Shown: in pieces, positions 1 to 9,753 of the stretch
How the letters are laid out: each line of letters opens with the position of its first letter
Numbering within the stretch: position 1 is the stretch's first letter
DNA from: Gemmatimonadota bacterium
GTDB lineage: Bacteria > Gemmatimonadota > Gemmatimonadetes > Gemmatimonadales > GWC2-71-9
Assembly: GCA_041487875.1 (NCBI GenBank)
Contig: JBGPOE010000010.1
Span: 4,453 to 68,452, forward strand
Direction: 5' to 3'
Length of the DNA stretch: 64,000 nt
Position numbers and translations under genes: made by a program
The notes under the pieces: model-generated
The model's input: only the letters and a program-made list of their open reading frames with translations
What the model was told of the DNA's origin: nothing
Databases searched by the model: none

Positions 1-363
1 GTGCTCGTCACGGGCGGCGTGGGCGCGGGCGATACGCTGAGCGAGGCCGAGGTGGGCCGGCGCTACCTGGTGCAGCGCGGCGTGCCGTCCGACGCCGTCG
101 TGGCGCTCCCGCCAGCCGCCACGACGGTCGCGTCGCTCCAACGCGTGGCCGATTGGTTCGACAGCCGCACGTCGCGCCGCGTGGTGCTCGTGAGCGACGG
201 CTTTCACCTGTTGCGACTCAAGATCATCGCCAAGCGCCGCGGGCTCACCGCCTACACCTCGCCCGCGCCCGGCTCGCCCATCCGCGCGAACCTGCGTCGC
301 AACGCCGCCTATACGCTGAGCGAAGGTCTCAAGGTCCCCGTCACCTGGTTGTTCGACCGATGA
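1..363 (+). CDS. DUF218 (YdcF/ElyC-like) protein, C-terminal fragment; 5' end outside window
   Basis: ORF is open from base 1. The stretch RRVVLVSDGFHLLRLKIIAKRRGL resembles the C-terminal half of DUF218 proteins. The TGA at 361-363 overlaps the next ATG (ATGA). Confidence 0.45.
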   Translation: MLVTGGVGAGDTLSEAEVGRRYLVQRGVPSDAVVALPPAATTVASLQRVADWFDSRTSRRVVLVSDGFHLLRLKIIAKRRGLTAYTSPAPGSPIRANLRRNAAYTLSEGLKVPVTWLFDR

Positions 364-911
364 CCGACGACGCTTTGGTCTCGACCCGCCGCGTCTACTC
401 GGGCCGCGTGGTGCAGCTCGACCTCGATGCAGTGCGCTTTCCCGACGGCTCCACCGGCGAGCTCGAGCTCATCCGCCACCCCGGCGCCACGGCGATCGTG
501 CCGCTGCTCTCCGATCCCGGAGCGAGCGACCCGCTCATCCTGATGTTGCGCCAGTATCGCTACGCCGCAGGCGGTCCGCTGTGGGAAGTTCCCGCGGGCA
601 CCCTCGGCCCGGGGGAGGACCCGGGCGCGTGCGCGCGCCGCGAATTGGAGGAAGAAGCGGGCGTGACCGCCGGCCAGCTGGAGCACCTGACGACGATCTG
701 GACCACGCCCGGCTTCACCAACGAGCGGATCCACCTGTACTGGGCGCGCGACCTCCATGCGACGCGCACCGCCCACGAGCGGGACGAGTTCATCGAGGTG
801 GTGCCGCGGCCGCTGTCGCAGGTGCTGGACGGAATCCGGACAGGCGACGTATGCGACGCCAAGACCATCTGCGCCATCTTGTACGTGGCCGGATACAAGC
901 TCCAGCTGTAG
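360..911 (+). CDS. NUDIX hydrolase, ADP-ribose pyrophosphatase-like
   Basis: Nudix box GPGEDPGACARRELEEEAGV. I chose the internal ATG at 360 because it overlaps the upstream stop. The ORF-track start at 153 lies inside the previous gene. Confidence 0.8.
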   Translation: MTDDALVSTRRVYSGRVVQLDLDAVRFPDGSTGELELIRHPGATAIVPLLSDPGASDPLILMLRQYRYAAGGPLWEVPAGTLGPGEDPGACARRELEEEAGVTAGQLEHLTTIWTTPGFTNERIHLYWARDLHATRTAHERDEFIEVVPRPLSQVLDGIRTGDVCDAKTICAILYVAGYKLQL

Positions 912-1096
912 CGTTCCGGTGTCCCCGACGGGGGACGGTGTGTCGAATCGGCGCCGCCTGGCGGCGTGCCAAACGGGCCTATAATAACGTCTTAAGGAAG
1001 TGTGACGGCGGTACGGTTCGTGCCGTATCCTAGATAAAGGAATAGAGGTCTCTCTAGGCGGTTGGCGGTTTCCGTCCGAACCAGGTGGGGTGGTTT

Positions 1097-1738
1097 ATGA
1101 GAGCGCTCTTCAAAAAGGCACCACAAGCCACGGCGTCGCCCGCGACACATCGCGAGCAGCTGCATCAGCTCGACGACGGCCAGGTCGTGATGCGGCATCT
1201 CGACGGCGATCCACAGGCTTTCGGCACGTTGGTCGACCGGTATCAGACCCGGTTGCTCAACTTCGTGAATCGCACGATCGGCGATCGCGAGCGCGCCGAG
1301 GACCTGGTGCAGGAAGTGTTCATCCGGGTATTCCGGCACCTGCACCGCTTCGACCAGACCAAGAAGTTTTCGACCTGGATCTACACGATCGCGTCGAACC
1401 TGGCGAAGAACGAGCTGCGCAACCGCAGCCGCAATCCGTTGGTGCTGTTCCAGACCATCAAGAAGAACTGGGAAGCCGACCACCGGCCGTTACAGTTCGA
1501 GGATACCAAGGCCCGGCCGGACGACCTGTACCGCAAACGCTACTTGAAGGGCGCGGTGGACGATTGCGTGGCCAAGCTGCCCGAGCATCACCGCGAAGTG
1601 TTCGTCTTGCGCGAAATCGACGGGCGCAGCTACCAGGAGATCGCCGAGATCACAGGTTGCAACCTCGGCACCGTGAAGAGCCGGCTCAACCGGGCGCGCA
1701 ACAGCTTTGCGGAGCTGATTGCGCCCCTGCTCGAGTAG
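1097..1738 (+). CDS. ECF-family RNA polymerase sigma-70 factor
   Basis: Region 2 (DLVQEVFIRVFRHLHRF, WIYTIASNLAKN) and region 4 HTH (SYQEIAEITGCNLGTVKSRLNRAR). Start taken as ATG 1097; in-frame GTG 1085 is also possible. Confidence 0.85.
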   Translation: MRALFKKAPQATASPATHREQLHQLDDGQVVMRHLDGDPQAFGTLVDRYQTRLLNFVNRTIGDRERAEDLVQEVFIRVFRHLHRFDQTKKFSTWIYTIASNLAKNELRNRSRNPLVLFQTIKKNWEADHRPLQFEDTKARPDDLYRKRYLKGAVDDCVAKLPEHHREVFVLREIDGRSYQEIAEITGCNLGTVKSRLNRARNSFAELIAPLLE

Positions 1739-1769
1739 CGGAACCCTCCCGCCGTCGCTCGGGGTATCA

Positions 1770-2279
1770 ATGCCTGCGATGACCTGCTCCGAATTCCGGG
1801 ATCGCTACAGCGACTTCCGCGACGGCCTGATGACGGCCCCGCGGGAGCAGCGGCGTTGCGAGCGCCACCTGGCGTTATGCGCCGAGTGCCGCGCGTACGA
1901 CACGCGCGTGCGTCGGGGGGTGCTGGCGCTGCAGGCGTCGGGCGAGATCGCCGTGTCGCCGGAGTTCCGGCGCCGGCTCGATTCCCGGCTGCGGCGCGAG
2001 CGCTTGAGCGCGGCGCTGGTGGCGGGGCCGGTGCGCACGGCCGGCGGGCTCGCCGCCGCGCTGTTCGTGGCGGCCGCCCTGCTGCTGCTCGCCTCCGAGG
2101 GCGGGCACCGCGCCAGCGTGGCCGAAGCGCGCCCGCTGCCGCCCGTCGCATTCCCCAAGCCGGTGGCGCGGGCGGGCATTCCGTTCGTGTCGTTCCAGGA
2201 TCCGCGCGCCGCCGTGGTGCGGGGCAATGCGAGCCCGTACGGCAGCGCGCTGGTCGAACCCGCCTCCGCGAGTCGCTAG
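1770..2279 (+). CDS. anti-sigma factor, zf-HC2 type with one transmembrane segment
   Basis: HLALCAEC (H-x3-C-x2-C) motif and hydrophobic segment LAAALFVAAALLLLA. It lies directly downstream of the ECF sigma gene. Start is ATG 1770, inside ORF 1719..2279. Confidence 0.65.
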   Translation: MPAMTCSEFRDRYSDFRDGLMTAPREQRRCERHLALCAECRAYDTRVRRGVLALQASGEIAVSPEFRRRLDSRLRRERLSAALVAGPVRTAGGLAAALFVAAALLLLASEGGHRASVAEARPLPPVAFPKPVARAGIPFVSFQDPRAAVVRGNASPYGSALVEPASASR

Positions 2280-2327
2280 GCTCGCGCACTTTCTTCCCCC
2301 CTCCCGGGGCGGTAACTTCCCCGGTCT

Positions 2328-3380
2328 ATGGGGGCGATCACCCTGGACGAGTTCTTCCGGCGCCTCAAGCAGGGCCCACCCGACCCCGTCTACTACTGCT
2401 ACGGCGACGAGGACGTCTTGAAGGACGAGGCGGTCGCGGCGTTGCTGGACGCGACGGTCGATCCTGGCTTGCGTGATTTCAACGTGGACCAGCGGGCCGC
2501 GGCAGAGCTGGATGCCGAGGGGCTGCACAGTCTTGTGAACACGCCGCCAATGCTGGCCGAGCGGCGGCTCGTGGTGCTGCGCGGGGTGGAGCAGCTGCGC
2601 AAGAAATCCAAGGCGCGCGATGCGCTGCTCGCCTATCTCGCCGCTCCCAGCGCCGACACGGTTCTCGTCCTGGTGCAGGCGGCCGCCGCACCGCCCGAGG
2701 CCGATCTGGCGCGTGGCGCCACGGCCGTGGACGTGGGGCGCTTGCCGCCGCACCGGGTCAGAAGCTGGATCGCGCACCGCGCGGGCCGCATCGGCTTGGC
2801 GCTCGAGCCCGACGCCGTAGACCTGCTCGTCGCCGCGGCCGGGGACGACCTCACGCGGCTGGTGCAGGAGCTGGACAAGTTGCGCGCCGTGGCCGGCGAT
2901 CGCGCCGCCACGCGAGCCGACGTCGCGTCCCAGGTCGGCGCCCAGCACGGCGTGACCGTGCACGACCTGGCGGACGCGGTGCTCGCGCGTGACGGCCTCA
3001 AGGCGGCAGCGCTGGTGGAGCCGGTGCTGGAGCTGGCCGGGATGAGCGGCGTGCGAATCCTCTCCAATTTGGGGACGCACCTGGTGGGCGTAGCACTGGC
3101 GTGCGAAGAGCTGGAGCGCGGCACGGCGCCGCGCCAGCTCGCCGCTGTCTTGCACCGCCACCTCCTCGCCGCACGCGCCTACGGTCTGGGCGATTGGAAA
3201 GAGGTGGCCGAGAAGTGGGCAGCAGCGGCGGCCCGTTGGTCGATGGCGGATGTGTCACGCGCGCTGCGCGCCGCGCTCGCCGCCGATCGCGCGCTCAAGG
3301 ACACCACCGTGACGGATGAGCGAGGCATCGTGAGCCAGCTGGTGCTGGGGTTGGCAGTACAGGCGCGGGAGGCTGCGTGA
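2328..3380 (+). CDS. holA: DNA polymerase III delta subunit
   Basis: 350 aa. N-terminal pattern YYCYGDEDVLKDEA...PMLAERRLVVLRG and overall length are typical of HolA. Confidence 0.7.
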   Translation: MGAITLDEFFRRLKQGPPDPVYYCYGDEDVLKDEAVAALLDATVDPGLRDFNVDQRAAAELDAEGLHSLVNTPPMLAERRLVVLRGVEQLRKKSKARDALLAYLAAPSADTVLVLVQAAAAPPEADLARGATAVDVGRLPPHRVRSWIAHRAGRIGLALEPDAVDLLVAAAGDDLTRLVQELDKLRAVAGDRAATRADVASQVGAQHGVTVHDLADAVLARDGLKAAALVEPVLELAGMSGVRILSNLGTHLVGVALACEELERGTAPRQLAAVLHRHLLAARAYGLGDWKEVAEKWAAAAARWSMADVSRALRAALAADRALKDTTVTDERGIVSQLVLGLAVQAREAA

Positions 3381-4222
3381 GCGCGGTCAAGTTGCTCGTC
3401 GCTGCGGTCTTGCTGACCGCCTGTCCGCCCGACCGTCTGACCGCCCAGAGCGATCCCCGCCTCGTGGCCGCCGTACAGCTCTATCAGGCCGGCCGCCAGG
3501 ACTCGGCGCGCGCCGCCGTGCGGCAGCTGTTGCAGACGTTGCCCCCGGCCGATTCGGTGTACCCGCAAGCGCTCTACACGGCGGGCCTGCTCGCCGCGGA
3601 CCCCCAGACCGTCCAGACGAATCTGCAGCGCGTGGTGATCGAGTATGGCCAGTCGTCGTGGGCGGACGACGCGCTGCTGCGCCTGGCGCAGTTCTACTGG
3701 GCCCAGGGCGACCCCGCCTCCGCCGTCCAATCGGTGGAGCGGCTGCGGCGCGATTATCCCGACTCGCCGCTCGAAGCCCGGGCGGACCTCATCGCCGCAC
3801 AGGCCTATTTCAACCTCAAGGACGAACCGAGCGGCTGCGCCCGCTTGCGTGACGCCCTGGCCGGCGCCGGCGACGACGTCGAATTCAAGAATCAACTCTC
3901 CTTCTACCTGCCCCGCTGCCCCGCCGTGGCGCCGCCCGGCGTCACGGTACCGGCGACGAGCGCGCCCCCCGACAGCGTCGCCCCGCCGGCGCCGCCATCG
4001 AGCTACGCCGTGCAGGTGCTCGCCGTGAAGAGCGCAACGCAAGTGGACGACATGCTCACGCGGCTCAAGGTGATGGGCTTCGACGCGCGCGTGGTGCGAG
4101 ACACCAGCGGCTTCTTCAAGGTGCGCGTCGGGCGGTACGCCACGCGCGACGAGGCGGCGCGCGCGCAGGCGCGGCTCAAGACGCGGCTCGGCGGCCAGCC
4201 GTTTGTGGTGGAAGAGCCGTGA
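3377..4222 (+). CDS. SPOR-domain protein with TPR-like N-terminal region and signal peptide
   Basis: C-terminal SPOR fold pattern YAVQVLAVKS...GFFKVRVGRYATRDEAARAQARLK. N-terminal signal/lipobox LLTAC. GTG start overlaps the holA stop (GTGA). Confidence 0.65.
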   Translation: MSAVKLLVAAVLLTACPPDRLTAQSDPRLVAAVQLYQAGRQDSARAAVRQLLQTLPPADSVYPQALYTAGLLAADPQTVQTNLQRVVIEYGQSSWADDALLRLAQFYWAQGDPASAVQSVERLRRDYPDSPLEARADLIAAQAYFNLKDEPSGCARLRDALAGAGDDVEFKNQLSFYLPRCPAVAPPGVTVPATSAPPDSVAPPAPPSSYAVQVLAVKSATQVDDMLTRLKVMGFDARVVRDTSGFFKVRVGRYATRDEAARAQARLKTRLGGQPFVVEEP

Positions 4223-6831
4223 CCCGGCGGGTCGACGCCCCGCCGCCCGATACTCCCCTGATGCAGCAATACCGCGACATCAAGGCGCGGCATCCGCAGA
4301 CCATCCTGTTCTTCCGGATGGGCGACTTCTACGAAATGTTCGAGGACGACGCCAAGCTCGCCGCGCGCGAGCTGGGCCTCACCCTCACCAGCCGCAACAA
4401 CGGCGGCGCCGCCGAAGTGCCGCTCGCGGGCGTGCCCGTGAAGGCCGGCACGGAGTACTTGCGGCGCCTCGTCGCCAAGGGATACAGCGTCGCGATCTGC
4501 GAGCAGGTGGAAGACCCCAAGCTTGCCAAGGGCCTGGTGCGCCGCGAGGTGGTCGAGACGGTGACGCCGGGCACCGTCCTGGCCGAAGACTGGCTCGAGA
4601 GCCGCCGCAACAACTGGCTGGTGGCGCTTGCGCCGGAATCGGACCAGGTCGGCCTCGCCGCACTCGACCTCACCACGGGTGAGTTCGTCTGGGAGCTCGT
4701 GCCGCTGCCGGATCTGGCGGCAGCCATCGCGCGGTACGAGCCGGCGGAGGTCGTGCTGCCGGCGCAGGTCGACCTCGCCGCCCGCGCGCTCCCGGACTCG
4801 CTGACACGGACCGAGCGCGAAGCCTGGGAGTTCGATCCTGACTTGGGGCGGGACGACCTGACGCGCGCGCTCGGCCTCGCGTCGCTCGACGGGCTCGGCG
4901 TCCAAGCCGCGGACCGCGCCGCCGTGGGCGCCGCGGGCGCGCTGCTGCGCTACGCCAAGGAACTGAAGCCCGGCGGCCTGCCGCACCTCGGGCGCCCGCG
5001 GCTGGTGCGGCGCGGCGACGTCGTGCCGCTCGACGAGATGACCCGGCGCAACTTGGAGCTGGTGGAGCCGCTGCGCGCGGGCGATAGCGCCACCACCCTG
5101 TTGGCCGTGCTCGATCGCACCGTGACACCGATGGGTGCGCGCGTGCTGCGGCGCTGGCTGCTCGCGCCGCTCGTCGACCCCAGCGCCATCAACGCGCGGC
5201 TCGATGCGGTCGACGTGCTGACGCGCGATCCCCGCGGCCGCGACCGCTTGCGCGAAGCGCTCGACGGCGTGCGCGACGTGGAACGCCTGGCGGGCCGCGC
5301 GGCGCTGGGCCGTGCCACGCCGCGCGAGCTGGGCGCGCTGCGGGACTCGATCCTGCGGCTCGCCGACGTGCGCGAGGCGGTCGACGGGCTCGAGGCCCGC
5401 GAGCAGGCCGCTCTGCTCGAAGAAGCCGCCGGGTTCGACTTGCTCGCCGATCTGGGCGACGAGTTGGCGCGGGCCTTGGTGGAGCGGCCGCCCGCGCAGG
5501 CGGCCGACGGCGACGCGATCCGGCCGGGCTACGACAAGGAGCTCGACGAGCTCACCGACGCGCGCGACGGCGGCAAGGCCTACATCGCGGGCCTGCAGAG
5601 CCGCGAGCGCGAGCGCACCGGCATCACCTCGCTCAAGGTCGGCTATAACAAGGTCTTCGGGTACTACATCGAGATCACGAACCCCCACAAGCACCGGGTG
5701 CCGGCGGACTACGAGCGCCGCCAGACGCTCACCGGCGCGGAGCGCTACGTCACGCCCGAGCTGAAGACGTACGAGGCCAAAGTGTTGGGCGCCGAAGAGC
5801 GCATCGCGCTGCGCGAGGCCGAGCTCGTGGACGCCTTGCGCCGCCGCGTGGCGGCCGAGATCGCCCGCGTGCAGGCGAGCGCCGGGGCGCTGGCCCGGCT
5901 CGACGTTTGGGCGAGTCTCGCCGACCTCGCCCATCGCGACAACTTCGTGCGGCCCGCGGTGGACGACGGTCCGGCGATCGAGCTGGAGGCAAGCCGCCAC
6001 CCGGTGGTCGAGCGGATGATGGCTCGGGAGGCGTTCATCCCCAACGACGTGCGGCTCGATACGGCCTGCCGCGTCATCCTGCTCACTGGCCCCAACATGG
6101 CGGGCAAGTCCACCCTGTTGCGCCAAGTCGGCTTGTGCGTGTTGCTTGCCCAGATGGGGGCGTTCGTGCCGGCGCGCCGCGCCCGCATCGGCGTGGTGGA
6201 CCGGCTGTTCACGCGCGTGGGCGCCTCGGACAACCTCGCTCGCGGGCAGTCGACGTTCATGGTGGAAATGAGCGAGACCAGCGCCATCCTGCACGGCGCC
6301 ACGGCGCGGAGTCTGGTGCTGTTGGACGAAATCGGCCGCGGCACGTCCACCTACGACGGCGTCGCTATCGCCTGGGCGGTGACGGAGTTCCTTCATAACG
6401 TGGTGGGCTGCAAGACGATCTTCGCCACGCACTACCACGAGCTCACCCAGCTCACCGAGGAGCTGGCCCACGCGCGGAACTTCAACGTGGCGGTTCGCGA
6501 GGCAGGCGACGAGATTGTGTTCCTCCACCGGCTGGAGCCGGGAGGCGCCGACCGCTCCTATGGCATTCACGTGGGCCGCCTGGCGGGCCTGCCACCGGCG
6601 GTGGTGGGGCGCGCGTGGCAAGTGCTGCAGCTGCTCGAGGCCGGGCATCACGTGGCTCACCAGGCCGCGCCGCCGCCGCCCGACGCCGCGCAATTGGCTT
6701 TGTTCGGAGGCGGCACGCTGCCGGACCCGCTGCTCGAGGAGCTCGATCGCTTGGACCTGAACACGCTGTCGCCCCTGGAGGCGCTGAATCGCCTCGCCGC
6801 CTGGAAGCGGCGGCGCGAGGAGCAGGCGTGA
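4219..6831 (+). CDS. mutS: DNA mismatch repair protein MutS
   Basis: TPLMQQY N-terminus, Walker A GPNMAGKST, STFMVEMSET and DEIGRGTSTYDG motifs; 870 aa. Confidence 0.95.
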   Translation: MTRRVDAPPPDTPLMQQYRDIKARHPQTILFFRMGDFYEMFEDDAKLAARELGLTLTSRNNGGAAEVPLAGVPVKAGTEYLRRLVAKGYSVAICEQVEDPKLAKGLVRREVVETVTPGTVLAEDWLESRRNNWLVALAPESDQVGLAALDLTTGEFVWELVPLPDLAAAIARYEPAEVVLPAQVDLAARALPDSLTRTEREAWEFDPDLGRDDLTRALGLASLDGLGVQAADRAAVGAAGALLRYAKELKPGGLPHLGRPRLVRRGDVVPLDEMTRRNLELVEPLRAGDSATTLLAVLDRTVTPMGARVLRRWLLAPLVDPSAINARLDAVDVLTRDPRGRDRLREALDGVRDVERLAGRAALGRATPRELGALRDSILRLADVREAVDGLEAREQAALLEEAAGFDLLADLGDELARALVERPPAQAADGDAIRPGYDKELDELTDARDGGKAYIAGLQSRERERTGITSLKVGYNKVFGYYIEITNPHKHRVPADYERRQTLTGAERYVTPELKTYEAKVLGAEERIALREAELVDALRRRVAAEIARVQASAGALARLDVWASLADLAHRDNFVRPAVDDGPAIELEASRHPVVERMMAREAFIPNDVRLDTACRVILLTGPNMAGKSTLLRQVGLCVLLAQMGAFVPARRARIGVVDRLFTRVGASDNLARGQSTFMVEMSETSAILHGATARSLVLLDEIGRGTSTYDGVAIAWAVTEFLHNVVGCKTIFATHYHELTQLTEELAHARNFNVAVREAGDEIVFLHRLEPGGADRSYGIHVGRLAGLPPAVVGRAWQVLQLLEAGHHVAHQAAPPPPDAAQLALFGGGTLPDPLLEELDRLDLNTLSPLEALNRLAAWKRRREEQA

Positions 6832-7358
6832 TGCGCCGCGCGCTGTGGCTCGCCGTGGCATTCGTCGCCGCCGCCTGCCGCGCCAGCCCGCCGCCCGAGC
6901 AGGCCAGCGCGGCGCCGCCGGATGAAGAAGCTCCCGTCGCGGTGAACCCGCAGACGCCGATCCGCTATCCGCCGGCGCTGTTCGACCGCGGCGTCGAGGG
7001 CGAAGTGGTGCTGCGGCTGTTCATCGACTCGACCGGCCACGTGGTCACCGAGTCGAGCAAAGTGGCGGAGTCGAGCGGCTCCCGTTCGCTCGACTCGGCG
7101 GCGTTGGACGGGTCGCAGCTGCTGCGGTACGCGCCGGCCAAGCGCCGCGGCGTGCCGATCACCACCTGGTTCCTGCAGCCGGTCGAGTTCCGCCAGCCGC
7201 AGACGTCCGCTCTGGGCAACGAGCCCGATACCGTGACGCCGCGGCCCAAGGCGCCGTCGGCGCCGTTGCGGCGCGCCCCGCCGCCGCGCCGCGTTACGCC
7301 GCCCGACACCACGAAGGCCGCGCCCCAGAAGACGGACACCAGTGCCGCCCCACGCTAA
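6831..7358 (+). CDS. TonB C-terminal-domain lipoprotein with Pro/Lys/Arg-rich C-terminal tail
   Basis: Lipobox signal MRRALWLAVAFVAAAC. TonB_C-like core PIRYPPALFDRGVEGEVVLRLFIDSTGHV...APAKRRGVPI. The ATG shares one base with the mutS TGA (TGATG). Confidence 0.6.
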   Translation: MRRALWLAVAFVAAACRASPPPEQASAAPPDEEAPVAVNPQTPIRYPPALFDRGVEGEVVLRLFIDSTGHVVTESSKVAESSGSRSLDSAALDGSQLLRYAPAKRRGVPITTWFLQPVEFRQPQTSALGNEPDTVTPRPKAPSAPLRRAPPPRRVTPPDTTKAAPQKTDTSAAPR

Positions 7359-8727
7359 GCCGTACGCCAACGTCCTCGAGACGATCGGCTGGACGCCCAT
7401 GATCCGGCTCAACCGGGTCACGCAAGGCATCCGCACGCCGGTGTACGGCAAAGCCGAATTCTTCAACCCCGGCGGATCGGTGAAAGACCGCATCGGCGTC
7501 GCGATGATCGAGGCGGCCGAGCGCGAGGGACGCTTGCGGCCGGGCGGCGTGATCGTGGAGGCGACGTCGGGCAATACGGGCGTCGGTCTCGCCATCGCCG
7601 CCGCGGTGAAGGGCTATCGCTGCATCTTCACCATGCCCGACAAGATGTCGCAGGAAAAGGCGCGGCTGCTGCGCGCGCTGGGCGCCGAAGTCGTCATCAC
7701 GCCCACCGCCGTGCCGCCCGACCACCCCGAGAGCTACTTGATGAAAGGGCGCGCCATCGCCGCCGCCCTCCCCAATGCGATATTCGCGGACCAGCACTAC
7801 AACCCGGTGAACCCTGACGTCCATTACCGCACCACCGGCCCGGAGATCTGGGAGCAGACAGCCGGCAAGGTGACGCACTTCGTGTGCAGCCCGGGCACGG
7901 GCGGCACCGTCAGCGGCGTGGGCCGCTATCTTAAGGAGCGCAACCCCAAGGTCCGCGTCGTGGCGGGCGATCCGGCGGGCTCTATCTACAAGGCCTACGC
8001 CGAAACGCACGTGAAGGGCGACGGCCAGCCGTACAAGGTCGAAGGCATCGGCGGCGACAAGATTCCCACGTCGCTCGAGTTCGACGTGATCGACGAGTGG
8101 ATCACGGTGAGCGACAAGGACGCGATCCTGATGACGCGCCGCCTGGCCCGGGAAGAGGGGTTGTTCTGCGGCGGCTCGACCGGCGTGAACATCGTATCGG
8201 CGCTGGACGTGGCGCGTCGCGTCGACGATCCGCAGGCGTTGGTCGTGACGGTGTTGGCCGACACGGGTGAGCGCTACTTGTCCAAGGTCTACAATGAAGA
8301 GTGGCTACGGGAAAACCAGATCCTCGATGCCGAGCGCCGCCGCGTGGCGGATCTCGTGCACGCCAAAGAAAACGGGGCGCCGCCGCTCATCTCCGTGGCC
8401 CCGCAGGCCACTGTGCGCCAGGCGCTCAACCTGATGAGCACATACAACGTGTCACAACTGCCCGTACTGGAGCAGGAGAACGACGTCGGCGCGGTGTCGG
8501 AGCAGGCGCTCATGGCCCGCGCGCTGGAAAATCCGACGACGCTCGACCGTCCGGTGCGCGAGCTGATGGACTCACCCTTCCCGGTGGTGGACGGTGAGTG
8601 GCCGGTCGAGCGGCTCATCGAGCTGTTGTCGCGCGAGACGCCGGCGGCGCTGGTGAAGAGCGGCGGACGCCTGGCGGGCATCGTCACCCGCTACGACCTG
8701 CTGCACCAACTGGCGGGGCTGCGCTGA
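7342..8727 (+). CDS. cystathionine beta-synthase-like PLP enzyme with C-terminal CBS-domain pair
   Basis: Fold-type II PLP motifs (GGSVKDR, SGNTG). The C-terminal ~130 aa has CBS-pair character (QLPVLEQENDVGAVSE ... LAGIVTRYDLL). Confidence 0.8.
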   Translation: MPPHAKPYANVLETIGWTPMIRLNRVTQGIRTPVYGKAEFFNPGGSVKDRIGVAMIEAAEREGRLRPGGVIVEATSGNTGVGLAIAAAVKGYRCIFTMPDKMSQEKARLLRALGAEVVITPTAVPPDHPESYLMKGRAIAAALPNAIFADQHYNPVNPDVHYRTTGPEIWEQTAGKVTHFVCSPGTGGTVSGVGRYLKERNPKVRVVAGDPAGSIYKAYAETHVKGDGQPYKVEGIGGDKIPTSLEFDVIDEWITVSDKDAILMTRRLAREEGLFCGGSTGVNIVSALDVARRVDDPQALVVTVLADTGERYLSKVYNEEWLRENQILDAERRRVADLVHAKENGAPPLISVAPQATVRQALNLMSTYNVSQLPVLEQENDVGAVSEQALMARALENPTTLDRPVRELMDSPFPVVDGEWPVERLIELLSRETPAALVKSGGRLAGIVTRYDLLHQLAGLR

Positions 8728-9746
8728 TGCGCATCACGGTCCTCGCGGGGGGTGCTACGGCCGAGCGGACCGTGGCTTTCGCCGGTGCCGCACAGATCGT
8801 GGCCGCGCTGCGGGGCCGGGGCCACACGGTCCACGTCGTGGACACGACCAAGGGCGTGTTGTCGGACGGCGACGAGCGCCGCCTGCTCGCGGGCGATGTG
8901 GGTAAGGAGATTCCCGACGCGGCGGCGTTGCGCGGCGGCGAACGGCGCATGCTGTCGCAAGGTCTCGCCGAGCTGGACGTGGTGCAGGGCGCGGATTTGC
9001 TGTTCCTGTCGTTGCACGGCGGCGCGGGCGAAGGCGGTCTCCTGCAGGCGGTGCTCGACGTCATCGGGGTTCCGTACACGGGCTCGGGACCCCTGGGCAG
9101 CGCGCTCGCGATGGACAAGGATCTCTCCAAGCGGCTGTTCCGCCAGGCGGGCGTGCCGGTGCCTGCGTGGTTCATGACGCCCGTGTCGCCCGAAGACGTG
9201 ACCACGGCGCTGGGCTGGCCCGTGATCGTAAAGCCCTCCAAGCAAGGCAGCACCGTGGGCCTGAGTCTCGTGAAGGGCGCCAAGGACCTGGACACCGCCA
9301 TCGCGCACGCGGCGCGCTACGACGACGAGGTCATGGCCGAGCAGTTCATTCCGGGGCGGGAGTTCACGGTGGGCGTGCTGGGCGATGTGCCGCTCCCCGT
9401 GGGCGAGATCATTCCCAAGCACGAGCTGTTCGACTACGAGTGCAAGTACACGCCGGGGATGTCGGCGGAAATCTTCCCGGCGCAGATCGACACGCGGCAG
9501 GCGCGCCACCTGCAGGAGCTCGCACTCACGGCGCACCGCGCCGTGAAGCTGGGCGGCTACTCGCGCATCGACTTCCGTACGAGCCCCGACGGCGACATCT
9601 TTTGCCTGGAGGCGAACACGCTGCCGGGGCTCACCAAGACGAGTCTGTTGCCGCAGGCGGCGCGCGCGGCGGGGATCGATTTCGCGGAGCTGTGCGAGCG
9701 CATCTGCAGCCTGGCGCGGAACAGCGGGAGCGGCAAGGGGGAATAA
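8727..9746 (+). CDS. ddl: D-alanine--D-alanine ligase
   Basis: MRITVLAGGATAERTVAF N-terminus and ATP-grasp motifs (GPLGSALAMDKDLSK, VIVKPSKQGSTVGLS, LEANTLPGLT). The ATG shares one base with the upstream TGA. Confidence 0.9.
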   Translation: MRITVLAGGATAERTVAFAGAAQIVAALRGRGHTVHVVDTTKGVLSDGDERRLLAGDVGKEIPDAAALRGGERRMLSQGLAELDVVQGADLLFLSLHGGAGEGGLLQAVLDVIGVPYTGSGPLGSALAMDKDLSKRLFRQAGVPVPAWFMTPVSPEDVTTALGWPVIVKPSKQGSTVGLSLVKGAKDLDTAIAHAARYDDEVMAEQFIPGREFTVGVLGDVPLPVGEIIPKHELFDYECKYTPGMSAEIFPAQIDTRQARHLQELALTAHRAVKLGGYSRIDFRTSPDGDIFCLEANTLPGLTKTSLLPQAARAAGIDFAELCERICSLARNSGSGKGE

Positions 9747-9753
9747 CTCAGCG

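Noticed and set aside
153-359. The upstream extension of the NUDIX ORF (ORF-track start at 153).
   Set aside because: It lies entirely within the better-supported DUF218 reading frame and translates to an Arg/His/Pro-rich sequence. ATG 360 forms a typical ATGA coupling with the upstream stop.
4003-6861. A 952-aa ORF on the minus strand that covers the whole mutS gene.
   Set aside because: It is antisense to an unambiguous MutS with all motifs present. The translation is Arg/Ala/Gly/His-rich and low in complexity, with no recognisable domain. Stop-poor antisense frames are expected at this G+C content. The same applies to 1875..3161(-), 15865..17541(+), 18508..20025(-), 27003..28277(-), 51176..52813(+) and 60558..62540(-).
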